From: Ginglymostoma cirratum
Lineage: Eukaryota
Reading direction: 5' to 3'
DNA length: 64,000 nt
NCBI GenBank assembly: GCA_024137785.1
Contig: JAHRHZ010000013.1
Span: 18,701,010-18,765,009 of the forward strand
The notes under the pieces are model-generated. The model was given only the letters and a program-made list of their open reading frames with translations, was not told where the DNA came from and ran no database searches. The translations under genes were made by a program, and so were the position numbers. Of this stretch, positions 53,861-64,000 are shown in pieces. How positions within the stretch are numbered: the first letter of the stretch is position 1; each line of letters opens with the position of its first letter.

Positions 53861-55099
53861 TCAACATAAGCGCGTCAAATTTTGTTTCTCGATTTGCATG
53901 AAAAAGCATCAAGTTTCCCGAAAAGGGAACCTCGAGTTATGAGAAACAAAGGTTGAAGGCAGAATGCGACTTTTGTTTAAAGCGGGTACAGGCGAGATCA
54001 CAATAGCAGGTTTGGACCTTGTTACAGTGGGATTTCGAAGAATTAAATAATTCAGTATTGTGATACGAATAAACGAAAAAAAACCTCCGCACCGAAAATG
54101 TCACTCGACAAATGTAGGAAGTGTCCTGCCAAATCTAACCAAAAAAAAACACGCACTCGAGTGAAAAAGCAGCAATAATGAAAACAAAATCGATGTTTGA
54201 CTGGTTATAATTGGAGTGCGGTGAAAAGCTCTGGTAATTTCTTTTGATGGTTTGATACTAATCTTTTATCCTCAATTCTCTGTTACCCGACCAGAAACAT
54301 ACAATTTGGCTCCTGATAAAGTCCTCACTTGTTTTCCTCTTTAAGAGCAGTTGCTGCTTTATTTGTGTGTGTGTTTTTTTAATATGAATGGTTTAATTTT
54401 GCGAGAGGAAACACGATCATGAAAAGGTACTTCATCTCACTGAAAATAATACATTAAACCTCCACCCAAACCGAACTAAGTGGAGTGCAAAACTAGTTCC
54501 AGAACTGTTTTAATAGCACTCCAGTTATTAAAATAAAACATCGAAATAATAACCGGTGGAAATGAATGAACAGAAGTGACACTTCCCTTGAAATTGTGGA
54601 GGGTGCTGCAGACAGACAGCTGAGGAGGGACTGCTGGAGATTTATTGAAATCACTGGCCGGCCACAGAGTAAGCCTCAGACTCAGCTCCTGTCCTGCTCA
54701 GACAGCGTCACAGAACCAGGGTCGGGTTTGCCACTCTTATGTCTTTCCTCACGTTTTTTGTAACGCTTGTGCCACTGTTTACCAACTGCATTCCTCGGCA
54801 CATGGAGGGGGGGGGGGGGCAACGGTATGAGCCGCGCAGTTGAAGTGACAAAAGTATCCAGTTACTTTTCAACTCTTGTCAGTCTGCCATCCACGGAGAA
54901 GCGCTCATGGAGATTAATATCGGTCACAACTAAGCACAACAAACAGTAGTGTTTGGGATGTGGGGAGGGGGAAGTAGGGAAAGCGGGGGGTACATGTGAC
55001 AGGAGGGAACTGTACTTCGAGAATTAAAAGGAAAGAGAGATAAAAATCCGCAAGATTTTGTAAATAAACATTATGAATAATAATGATAAAGAGACCTAC

Positions 55100-55256
55100 A
55101 TTGAGTGCTGTGCCTCTGTTGCCAGTCCCTGTGTGTCAGTCCATTGAAGCATGCAGTCAGAGCCTTCTCTTGCAGCATGCAAGAGGACGGGCTCGGAGTG
55201 TAGAAATCCAGCATTTGCCCAGGGCTGACTGCGAGCACATCCATACAGTCAAACAT
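55100..55256 (-). CDS. RARB: RARB isoform beta2 first coding exon (A region)
   Basis: Minus strand from ATG at 55256 reads [52 protein letters not shown]+T, the RARbeta2-type N-terminus. It is 157 nt and ends phase 1 at a T|GTAGGT donor (55094-55099). Confidence 0.97.
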
Positions 55257-55305
55257 GACGACAGGCTGTCCCCACAACCTGCGAAGAAATGTGTCTCTCC
55301 TCTCT

Positions 55306-55353
55306 CTAGGTGTGGGCAAATTTGCACAGAAAAAAAGTTGCTCCAACTCCCAT
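55306..55353 (-). CDS. upstream ORF (15 aa) [15 protein letters not shown]
   Basis: ATG at 55353; ends CAC ACC TAG, 49 nt before the main ATG. Confidence 0.6.
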   Translation of the reverse strand: MGVGATFFLCKFAHT

Positions 55354-55379
55354 CCAAACTCTTGCCTTTTGCTTTTTTT

Positions 55380-55451
55380 TTATTTTCTCTGTCCTCCCCT
55401 CTTTTTCTTGGCACGTGAGAACTGCTGGTCTTTTTCCCAGGGCAGAATCAT
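55380..55451 (-). CDS. upstream ORF (23 aa) MILPWEKDQQFSRAKKKRGGQRK*, uORF4-like
   Basis: ATG at 55451, TAA at 55380-55382. Shares MIxxWEKDQQ with the recalled mammalian RARbeta2 uORF4 (MIRGWEKDQQPTCQKRGRV). Confidence 0.72.
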   Translation of the reverse strand: MILPWEKDQQFSRAKKKRGGQRK

Positions 55452-55510
55452 GAATTATGACAGACAAGACAACTAAAAGCCTGTAATTGATCCAAATGAT
55501 CCTTTACCAT
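55448..55510 (-). CDS. upstream ORF (20 aa) MVKDHLDQLQAFSCLVCHNS*
   Basis: ATG at 55510; its TGA overlaps the ATG of the next uORF (ATGA). Confidence 0.7.
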   Translation of the reverse strand: MVKDHLDQLQAFSCLVCHNS

Positions 55511-55569
55511 TTCCCCCTTCCACACAACACCAAACCAACACACACCCCCCCACCCTCAAAAAAAAGTCA

Positions 55570-55800
55570 AGAAGACGGCGCTCAATTTAAAATGAGGAAG
55601 GGTGAAGGGGCGGAGAGGGGAAGTCGAGGTGCCTGCTCTCCAGTTTTAGCAGCTGCCCTTTCGCTGGGAGACTCTGTCGCTCGGGGCTCAGCGGGACCCG
55701 CGGAAATCTCCCGATCCCTGGTACAATTTGCACGAAACAAATCCGCAGCCGCGAGAATAGCTCCGCTCACCCCTCTTGTTTTCCAAAATGGCTCGTCCTG
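55570..55800. promoter_or_regulatory. CpG-rich island-like segment in the P2 first exon
   Basis: Dense CG dinucleotides (e.g. GTCGCTCGGGGCTCAGCGGGACCCGCGG, ATCCGCAGCCGCGAG) against a CpG-depleted background. Confidence 0.7.
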
Positions 55801-55863
55801 CCTTTTGACCAGCTTACTTCCTACTCCTTATGTCACACAAGCACAGTAAAAGATTGAATTGCC

Positions 55864-55870
55864 TAATGTA
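55864..55870 (-). promoter_or_regulatory. TATA-box position (variant TACATTA)
   Basis: CATACATTAGGC, 6 nt downstream of the betaRARE, at the position where mammals have CATATATTAGGC. Confidence 0.6.
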
Positions 55871-55876
55871 TGCAAG

Positions 55877-55893
55877 TGAACTTTCTCTGAACC
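55877..55893 (-). promoter_or_regulatory. betaRARE: DR5 retinoic acid response element of the RARB P2 promoter
   Basis: Minus strand GGTTCA-GAGAA-AGTTCA in the context GGGTAG[GGTTCA...AGTTCA]CTTGCATACATTAGGCAATTCAATC. The classic mammalian element is GGTTCAccgaaAGTTCA. Confidence 0.95.
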
Positions 55894-55906
55894 CTACCCA
55901 GGCTGC

Positions 55907-55923
55907 TAACCTTCAAATGACCC
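55907..55923 (-). promoter_or_regulatory. Second, imperfect DR5 RARE of the P2 promoter
   Basis: Minus strand GGGTCA-TTTGA-AGGTTA, 13 nt upstream of the betaRARE; matches the recalled mammalian distal element. Confidence 0.8.
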
Positions 55924-55932
55924 AACCCAGCC

Positions 55933-55940
55933 TGACATCA
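55933..55940 (-). promoter_or_regulatory. CRE-like element TGATGTCA
   Basis: Minus strand TGATGTCA just upstream of the two DR5s, as in the mammalian RARB2 promoter. Confidence 0.7.
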
Positions 55941-56364
55941 CCAGCTCCCAGGATTCCCACAGCACTTCATATTTCCAGAAGCCAAGCAGAGCAGATACGA
56001 GCTGCATCTAACATCCCAGTGAGCAGGAGGCGGACAAAACAAAATCCTATGCATGAAGCTAGAGAACGAGAAGGTTCACAAGCCCCACAAAACCAGACAC
56101 GCACGAAACTTGCTGCCTTGATTGTTGTCAGCAATGATTTTTTTACACCAGTCATTCGGAGAATTAAAACCGAATTTTGAAAGAAATCGCGTTCATCTAA
56201 CACTTCTTTTTCACTCGTACGCCCGTGTTTTATCAGTTAGGTAATTATTGTGCACGTTTATTCTATGCAGCAATTCTAATAAATTATCATGAAGCTAAAA
56301 TCAGAGCAGACTGGATGCCCAATTTCTGGAACTGCAATTTGTAAAAGTCCCAGATCTGACATAT

Positions 56365-56667
56365 CACGATGGCTCAGTGGTTAGCACTGGTGCCTCACAG
56401 CGCCAGGTTCGATTCTATCCTCGGACGACTGTCTGGGTGGGTTTTCCTCTGGGTGCTCCGGTTTCCTCCCACAGTCCAAAGATATGCAAGTTAGGTGTAT
56501 TGGCCATGCTAAATTGCCCGCAAGTGTCCAGGGGTGTGTAGGTTAAGTGGATTAGCCACGGGATATACAGGGTTAGGTTGGGGGTTGGTCTGAGTTGGAT
56601 GCTCTTTGGAGGATCAGTGTGGACTGGACGGGCTGAGTAGCCTGCTTCCACACTGTAGCGATTCTAT
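56365..56667 (+). mobile_element. HE1-like V-SINE about 0.45 kb upstream of the P2 core promoter
   Basis: ATGGCTCAGTGGTTAGCACTGG...GGTTCGATTC...GGTGCTCCGGTTTCCTCCCACAGTCCAAAGA...GATTCTAT. Confidence 0.9.
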
Positions 56668-59600
56668 ATCAGTGTGACAGCTTGGAGTGCACTCTAATTT
56701 GAAGGATTACTGGCACATCAGTTTGAATTTTACACTTTGATGTTTGTGATCAGTGGATGATGATGCTGCTGAACTTCTATGGAGAGCTCAAGCCTTTCCT
56801 GGATGTCAGCTAGCAGAAGATGAATGGAATATAACACTAAAGCAAAATGCTGCAGGTGTGGGAAATCTGAAACAGAAGCGAAAGATGCCAAAGATACTCA
56901 GCAGATTGGTGGCAAGCAGATGTGTATTGCATGGCAACGTTGCGAAATTGTTGGCATAACTGTCACTGTTCGCGAAAACAAGATCAACCAGCCAAGCCTC
57001 TTTTGACAAATGCTCAAATGTTTTGGTTATTTGTAAAGTGATGTAGAAGTTACTTTACTTTTGAGAAATTTAAATGATTTAAAATAGTTATTCTTACCTG
57101 CAAGTAAGCACAGTACATACATCATAATCAAACAGTGAATGGATAAATTCAATCCTGTTCTACCACACCCATTTCCTTTCAGCAACCATTAAGGCAGAGG
57201 CAAATGGCAAGTGATGAGTGATGGGCATTTATTGTTAAAGTGGGGACAATGCCAGGCCAGCAGTTTACATTCAGGATAAGTGGTGTCTCTTAGACCCTGA
57301 ACTGCCTGTTGCAAAGACAGAAATGCCTTTATGTCAATTAGTGGGAGAAGTAAAAAGAAGAAAGGAACAGCAGCAACAACAAAAGCCTGTTACTCAAAAG
57401 CTTTCTTTTCAGAGCATTATTTTATGATAACTGCAGAGTTCGCCCTATGGTTACAAGTGCAGGAGAAACCCTCACTGTTTCAACACTGAGCCAAAACATC
57501 TCTAAATCCAGCATCTGGAACAGATACAGCAGTTGTCGTTTAGTACCTGAATGTCACAGAAAGTGAAATGCAGAACATCTTACAGGTATGATCAGCAGAT
57601 GAAGGTAATCATATGAGGTTTTCCAAGATATTCAGACAGAGGCTTCTACACACAGAGCTCTTGAAATCCTGGAACTATGGAGGAATTTAGCAACATCTTC
57701 CACGCTTTCTGTTATGTTGCTGTGACTTTACTGGGGAATAATGCAATTGTTGAAAGAACAATACTGCAATACGAAACCAATGTTTTTAAATCAGATATTT
57801 CGTTCAGTATGAAATCATAAAGAAACTTAATGGAGGAAAAAAGGCAATGCTGGCAGAAGAAAACTAAGCAGTTTTGAATACAAAAGTGCTTTTTCTAAAC
57901 AAATAATCTGCAAGATAAATAATCGCACTGAATTTTGCAGTTCCTGTTGAAAAAAAACGACTTTAATCTTTAAAAGAAGAACGCTTTAAATCATGATGGT
58001 CATTTTTTAACCTACGAAAGCTTTATTCTGAATGAATAACAGAAGAGAAAGATGAGAAGTTAATATTTTGAGCCTACATAGACATATATCTATCTGCCTT
58101 CAATATATCTATTCAGTGAATCAAAATATTTGGCAGAATGAACTTAATTTTCATGGCCAAATATTAGCTCACCAGTAATTCTACCGATTTCCATCTACCT
58201 GTGTACATATTCTATTCTTCTTCCCCAAAAACACTGAAGTGCTGGGGTGCAACTGAACAGTTACCAGAAAGCCTTAAATACCTCACCCAAGAAGCCATTC
58301 TTCATGTGTGAGGCTAAAATATGAATGTCAGCAGGTCAGGAAATCACAGCAGAGTTTCATTGTGACATCAACAAATGTTTGTGAATGAACCCTTCCACCA
58401 AGGTGATTAAATTCCTTCCAGCGATTTCTTCTCTCCCGAAAAAAATTCCACTTGATAGTTTCAAATAGCAGTAAATAGTCAGCAGCTGGGAATGGGGCAC
58501 AAAGTTTTTTTCTGTCTCCTTATTTCCTGGTGCCAGTTCCAGGAATTTCTATGAGAAATGAAATGGGATTTTGCATGCACCCAACAGTACTTGTGCAGGC
58601 ATTTTCAAATGATAAGCTATTGTGTTAAATATGTCATCCAACGTTTTTCCATTATTTCTCCCTTTGCATGCTCAGCATTCCATTTTAGCCAGGTAATAAA
58701 GAGGGAATTTAAAAATTAAAGGACCATTTTGCTTACAGCTATCTATTTTTTCCCAGTCTGAGGATCCAAACTAAAAAATAACAGGTGACACACTATTTCT
58801 GTGCCTATAGCTAGGACAGGCAATTTCACGGCAGCATCTCGAGTCTTTTAGAAAACAAAATTGAGGGTGACAACGGCACAAGAGGAATAGCTTGGTAAAA
58901 TAGAATTGTAAAAGGTGATGAAAATTAATTTCATATCCAACATTTAACACTTTTAAACCACTTCATCTCATTGCTCTGAAGACTTTTTGTCTCATAACAA
59001 GGCTTTTCATAGGTACTTGAAAAGCTGACAATACAGTGACGAAAGAATTAATGCACAACAGATCATTTTGCAGATTTGCAAGAATTTACTTATCTCCTAC
59101 TACTTGTGTGGTCTGAAAAATCAGGAGATACTTTTTCCATATCTTTGCCCTTGAATTGTAAAAACATTTTAATATATCATGTTTGCAATGTATTATACAA
59201 ATAGAGCACATCATAACTCGGATATGATAACTATCTCAACTGCAAGACTGACCATAGTCCACACATGACTTTCTTGCTCCTGAGCTATCTGAGCAGATTC
59301 ACTCATGGAGATATTTACTTTTTGTTACTGCTGATCACAAAATAATCTTATTTTCATATTATTTCTATAACCACATTACATCACAGCGCAGGTTGAATTA
59401 GAGCAATGCTCTTGTAAAAGGATCACTGGACTTAAGTTTCCAACATTTTACATTGCATTTTGTACTATACAATATGATATTTGATCTAGTACATTATAAT
59501 AATCATAATGCTTGCTTTTGAGAACTCTACTCTGGTACATTTAGACAGCATTCAGAATTGATGGTCATGTTAATGTAATTAAGTGGCACAATAAAAAAGT

Positions 59601-61309
59601 TATATCCAAAATGAACAGTTTGGCAATGAAAACACCTTGAGAATTCTCCTCAGTAGAGGCAGGAACTAAATTGAAAGATCTGTCTCTGTTTTGTATGATA
59701 CTAATGTGTATAATGTAAAATGGTTGTATGACAACATGTAAAGATGCAAATTAGAATGTGCTGCCACAATTTCTATTCTAACACAGTTGTTACTTCTATT
59801 CTATGAAATAAGCACATTACTAATGCCATAGAGTTTGACATTAGTTCTAGTTCAAGTGTTAATATATTATATGAGCAATTTGTTAATAAAAAGAATGAAG
59901 TGTATTTTTGCTCTTTTTCACAGCCATTGTCTCAAAATATTTTATAATCAATGAAGGGTTGTTGAAGTGCAGTCGCTATTGCAATGCAGGAAACATGGCA
60001 GCTAATGATGTGATTCCTTTGATTTGGCCTCTGCTTATTTCCTCATGATTCCAGAAGGTGTTTTTCCACTAACAGCTTTTTTTAAAGGAAGTTGTCACTA
60101 TTGTTGTCAGTAATGCATGCCTCTGACGATGTGCCAAATCTTCCTGGTGCCAAGCTTCTAACTGAATGCTCTGTTAGTCAGACACTTCTCTGACACTTTC
60201 AGCTCAAGATATTTTTCACCAAAATTGCTGAAAGTGAAAGTGGTGCGATAAACAAAACAGAGCATCTGGGACCTCAATGATCACTGACACACTACGTCCA
60301 GCTAATGTGATTTAATTATTGCTAAGAAGAATGACTGTAAAGGAGGGTAATTTACAGTCAAACTAGGTAAGAGAAATAAAAATAGGGAAAGAGAGACTGG
60401 ATTGAGAAGGAGAAAAACAGACAGAAGGAAAATAAAAAGACATCTATGTTAATAGGATGACATTTTTGAAATCCCTAAAAGCAAATTGCTACCTGAAGGA
60501 ATGTGTCTCCAGTTTAAATTTTTTACTTTCTGGACCAGAATGATTGATCGACTTTATATTAATAATTACTTCGTCATTAAAAAAGCACTTTACCCCATTA
60601 ATGACCAGACTTAACGTTCTGTGGAGAGTTTAACGGAAATGAAAGAACAAATCCAGTAAATTATTTTTTAAAAAAACAGTGAGTTAATGCTGCTTATGCA
60701 AAGCTAATGGTGGAGTTCCACAAATTGACCTGTGCATTGTGGAGAATCAGTGACATATGTTATATCTCTTAATCCACTGAACTTCCTGGCCATTTTGTAC
60801 ATTAATGATGATGTATTTCTTTAAAATGCCATTACTTTTCCAGCAAGATCTGGTCAAATGTATCCAACTAAAAACCTTTCATGAAACTAATAGTTTCATT
60901 TATTACATTTTTAAATTAAACTTTTAACTATTGTCTAAATGACTAATTTGGTACGCACATTTGCGCATATTCGGCCAAGAAAGTACATCATTTTGACAAC
61001 TTCAAAAATAATTTAATTTTAGTTTTTCTTGTTTTCTAAAATTTGTGAGGAATAGTTTCTACAGTGGGAGAGCATCACACTGGAAAACTAAATAAGCAAC
61101 TTTTAAAGCACTTTCAATGCTGGAAATCCACTTAAAATTCAGATTTGTAGCATTGTTTGTCTCGGCATTTACGAAATGGAAAACCCAGATCTTCCAAGTT
61201 GCAAAAGGTTTATGAAAATTGCATGCAAGTATGGTAATTCTATTCCTAATATTAATAGTCTAGGTTTTGAATTCAATGGCTAAGCAACAGCATTTGATCT
61301 TGACCTTGA

Positions 61310-61760
61310 AGGAACATACAAGAAGGTTACTAATTTTCCACATCCTGCAAGGGTAAATATCACTATCCTCACTCTGCTATCTCAGACTCACAGTACCAGC
61401 ATTCTAACTCTGCCGCTACACACACATTTCACTAAAATCCATAGACCACAACTCTCACCATTGTAAACGATTCTCACCTGCCTCATCCTCCCATACTACT
61501 GACCTTTACCCTTCTCTGAGCTTCCTATTCATTCATTGGGTACAGTCTTCCTGTTCCTGCATCATCACTAACTGCTCTCCCATCCACTTCCATTATACTC
61601 ACTCCAGCCCTTTGTCTCATTGCAGGAGCAGTTAGCTCGCATCTGCACAGAGAGGGTAAAGACTAGTGGCCGGATGCTTGTCACCCCGAGTGAGGGGAAA
61701 GTTCTCGAGTTATCCAGAGAACAGCACAATTGTTCCTGTGGGAACAGGGAGACGTCAATG
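61310..61760 (+). mobile_element. Harbinger Myb/SANT-like gene remnant
   Basis: YKKVTNFPHPAR|gtaaat, then acceptor tgtctcattgcag and EQLARICTERVKTSGRMLVTPSEGKVLELSREQHNCSCGN, homologous to exon B at 25850-25993. Confidence 0.75.
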
Positions 61761-62879
61761 TCCAACCAACCCAGTACGCTTCGTTGTGCTATGCTGCTTT
61801 CCAAATATCACCAGTGCTAATGAATCTTGCAGAAGTTTGAATCCCCCTTGGTCAACTAATTCCCTCTCTTCTGTTACGTAGGCTCTTGTGACCATCAATT
61901 AATCTTCGCCAAGAGGCCAGCACTGGAGTCCGTCAGCTCCACCTTCACCTCTGAAGATCCCTCAAAGGGTGCACTGGCAACATTTTTACCTGCATCCTCC
62001 CCCAGCATGGAGTCACCTTCTCTCTTTCTAGATTAGATTTAGAGGCACAGTCGGGTGAACACTTCATTGATGTGTCTCTGCAGCTAACTGAGGAAAACAC
62101 CCCGGGTTTCTGGTGTTCAGAGGACTGTTGGAAATGAAGCACTTGCTTAGCCTCAGACAGACAACAATCCCACAGTCTTGCCCATTCATGACTGTGAAAA
62201 AGCACAAACAAGCAAAAGGACAGCAGTGAGGCCTGTCAGAGACAGTATTCTGCATCGAATGATGCAGTAGTCCAGGAATGTTATTAATACTCTGCTGGCT
62301 CCAGCATACACATGTCTGGACAGGATGGTGATTTCCATAAAGACACCGGTGCAGCACAGGCATGCTGGCTGCTGCCATGCATATGGACACGTGATCCTTA
62401 ACTGTTACCATTTATGGCTGGGCAAAGGGAACTGGAGCTCACTCCAGGTGCCCCTTCCAGGGAGGCAGCGCTGTGCCAGTATATATCCACAGGGAGGGGT
62501 AGCCACATACAGGACCCTCAGTAGCTTCTTCTCGGATCCTCCTGATATGCCAGCCTCTTCATCTCCGGCCTGCCTGTAAACCCAAACCCTGCTGAGGCTC
62601 CAGCCTGGAGAGTGAGCCTGTATCTTGCGAGGACACTCTCAGCATGCTAGGCCCCTCGAGACCTAAACCTCTCCCATGAATGACCACCTAAGCCTTTCCA
62701 TCCAATAGGGAGAACTACAGAACAGAATCCCTCCACCCCAGTTGCAGAAGTTGGCACTGCCCCTGAACATAGTAGGAGGGAAATGAAGCAAATGAAGCAC
62801 TGAGAGCACATGGGTGGCATCGGTGGCACATAATTGTAAATAATTTGCGTATTTGTAAAATGTCTGCTTTAGCACCGTC

Positions 62880-63720
62880 AGAGCTGCTGAAATTGCAGGG
62901 TCTTTATACATCATGAGAATGAAAGAAACTGTAATGGTCAAGATCATTTCATATGAATAACAGGCCCCTCGAATGCAGGTAGCCTCAGCCATCAACGACT
63001 CTTAAACTATGACGGTGATGATTGCAACCAAGGAGTTGTACTTTAACATGGGCAATGCTGAGGCCAAACACAATGTTCATCAAGCTGAGGGTCTCATAAA
63101 GATGTCATGAGCAATGTTTAGATGGGGGAGCCCTCATGTTCCGTTAACCATCCCCAGTGCGCCAACAGAAGGAGGTGGGTGCCTGTAGGTATCATGGAAG
63201 CATCTGGGGTATCTAGCCTACACCTCCAAAACCTGGCATCAATAGTCCCAGAGAATTTGAACATTGGTGGAATGGAAGCGTTCTCCATTGAAGAACTCTG
63301 CAGGTTGCTGATAGGGAACTTTCAAAGCAAAGTGGGAGCAGTCTATAATACCCTGTACACTGGGTAAGTCAGCAATGGTGGAGGATCCCACTGCCTGAGC
63401 TGCTGACTCTCATTGGACAGGGGAAGAATACAGGTGAATTTCCTGGAGAAAGCAACATCAGTGATATTCCGAATGCATTTGTGGTTTGAGGGTTGGGCAA
63501 TGCCACACAGCTCCCCAGTTGATCATTGAACTGAGCTGCTGGCGTAAACATTCTGGGCATTCGTGAACTTGGAAGCCATTAGGTTGGGATGGCACCCACT
63601 TCTTGTGAACTGCTCCAGCAGTTAATGCAGTTTGGTGATGATGGCTCAGGACAACTTTAATTGGCACAGCTTTTGTTAAAGTGGTAGAAATTAAGAGCAG
63701 GGCCAGTGGATATGGGGTCA
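62880..63720 (-). mobile_element. Degenerate Harbinger DDE transposase pseudogene, convergent with the Myb remnant at 61310-61760
   Basis: STGELCGIAQPSNHKCIRNIT; PSVQGIIDCSHFALKVP..PAEFFNGERFHSTNVQILWDY*..ARYPRCFHD; GWL...LLMT, with stops and frameshifts. Confidence 0.88.
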
Positions 63721-64000
63721 CATCATTCTCCCCAGTCTGACTGGAATCTCTTCACCTGCTGATTCCCACTCTGAAGGTTGCTAGGCAGCTCCTCGAAGTT
63801 GCTGTTCTTTCTGGGTTTGCTGAAGATGCTGTAATTTTTATCTACTTCCACAATGTATTTACATTTGAAGCAATACCACAGTCACAGCAACGTTAGTGTA
63901 AAATAGGTGAGGAGATAATCTGTGAGGAATGTCGGAAAGATAATACCATTTTATTGACAGTACTCCTGAGCCCTCACATCCATCAATATGAAGCTTCACG

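Larger units (their letters stand above)
55257..55840 (-). other. RARB: RARbeta2 5'UTR (non-coding part of the P2 first exon); TSS approximate
   Basis: Lies between the TATA-like element (55864-55870) and the ATG. The start region GTGTGACATAAGGAGTAGGAAGTAAGCTG resembles the mammalian RARB2 start region as recalled. TSS position is inferred. Confidence 0.75.

Noticed and set aside
54560-54680. Possible antisense (+ strand) exon ending in GA|GTAAGC within a CpG-enriched zone
   Set aside because: Only a donor-like motif; no transcript evidence can be derived from the sequence.
55071-55346. 91-aa ORF from the track suggesting a 30-aa N-terminal extension of RARbeta2
   Set aside because: It starts at a TTG and runs through the splice donor; recognisable RARB sequence begins at the ATG at 55256.

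Overview
Vertebrate genomic DNA, almost certainly a cartilaginous fish (inferred from the repeat repertoire: HE1/V-SINEs, Deu-domain SINEs, CR1, Tx1, Penelope; probably a carpet shark). The window holds the 5' part of the retinoic acid receptor beta gene (RARB) on the minus strand. It includes the RA-inducible P2 promoter (DR5 betaRARE at 55877-55893, a second DR5 and a CRE-like site), the RARbeta2 first exon (157 coding nt, 55100-55256) and the 149-nt exon for the B region and first zinc finger (19647-19795). The next exon was not found and presumably lies left of the window. The rest is intron filled with retro- and DNA-transposon remnants, including several Harbinger (transposase + Myb/SANT) relics. 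Nearly all entries in the ORF track are spurious or TE-derived. The most interesting observations are: (i) a 5'UTR control module with peptide-conserved overlapping uORFs plus a RARbeta4-type alternative donor with an in-frame GUG; (ii) a perfect intronic DR5/DR2 composite RARE next to a Z-DNA tract; (iii) an unexplained, gap-free 197-bp duplicated element with a conserved hairpin core; (iv) a possible internal first exon that would give an N-truncated receptor. Comparisons with mammalian RARB are from recalled sequence and need confirmation by alignment.
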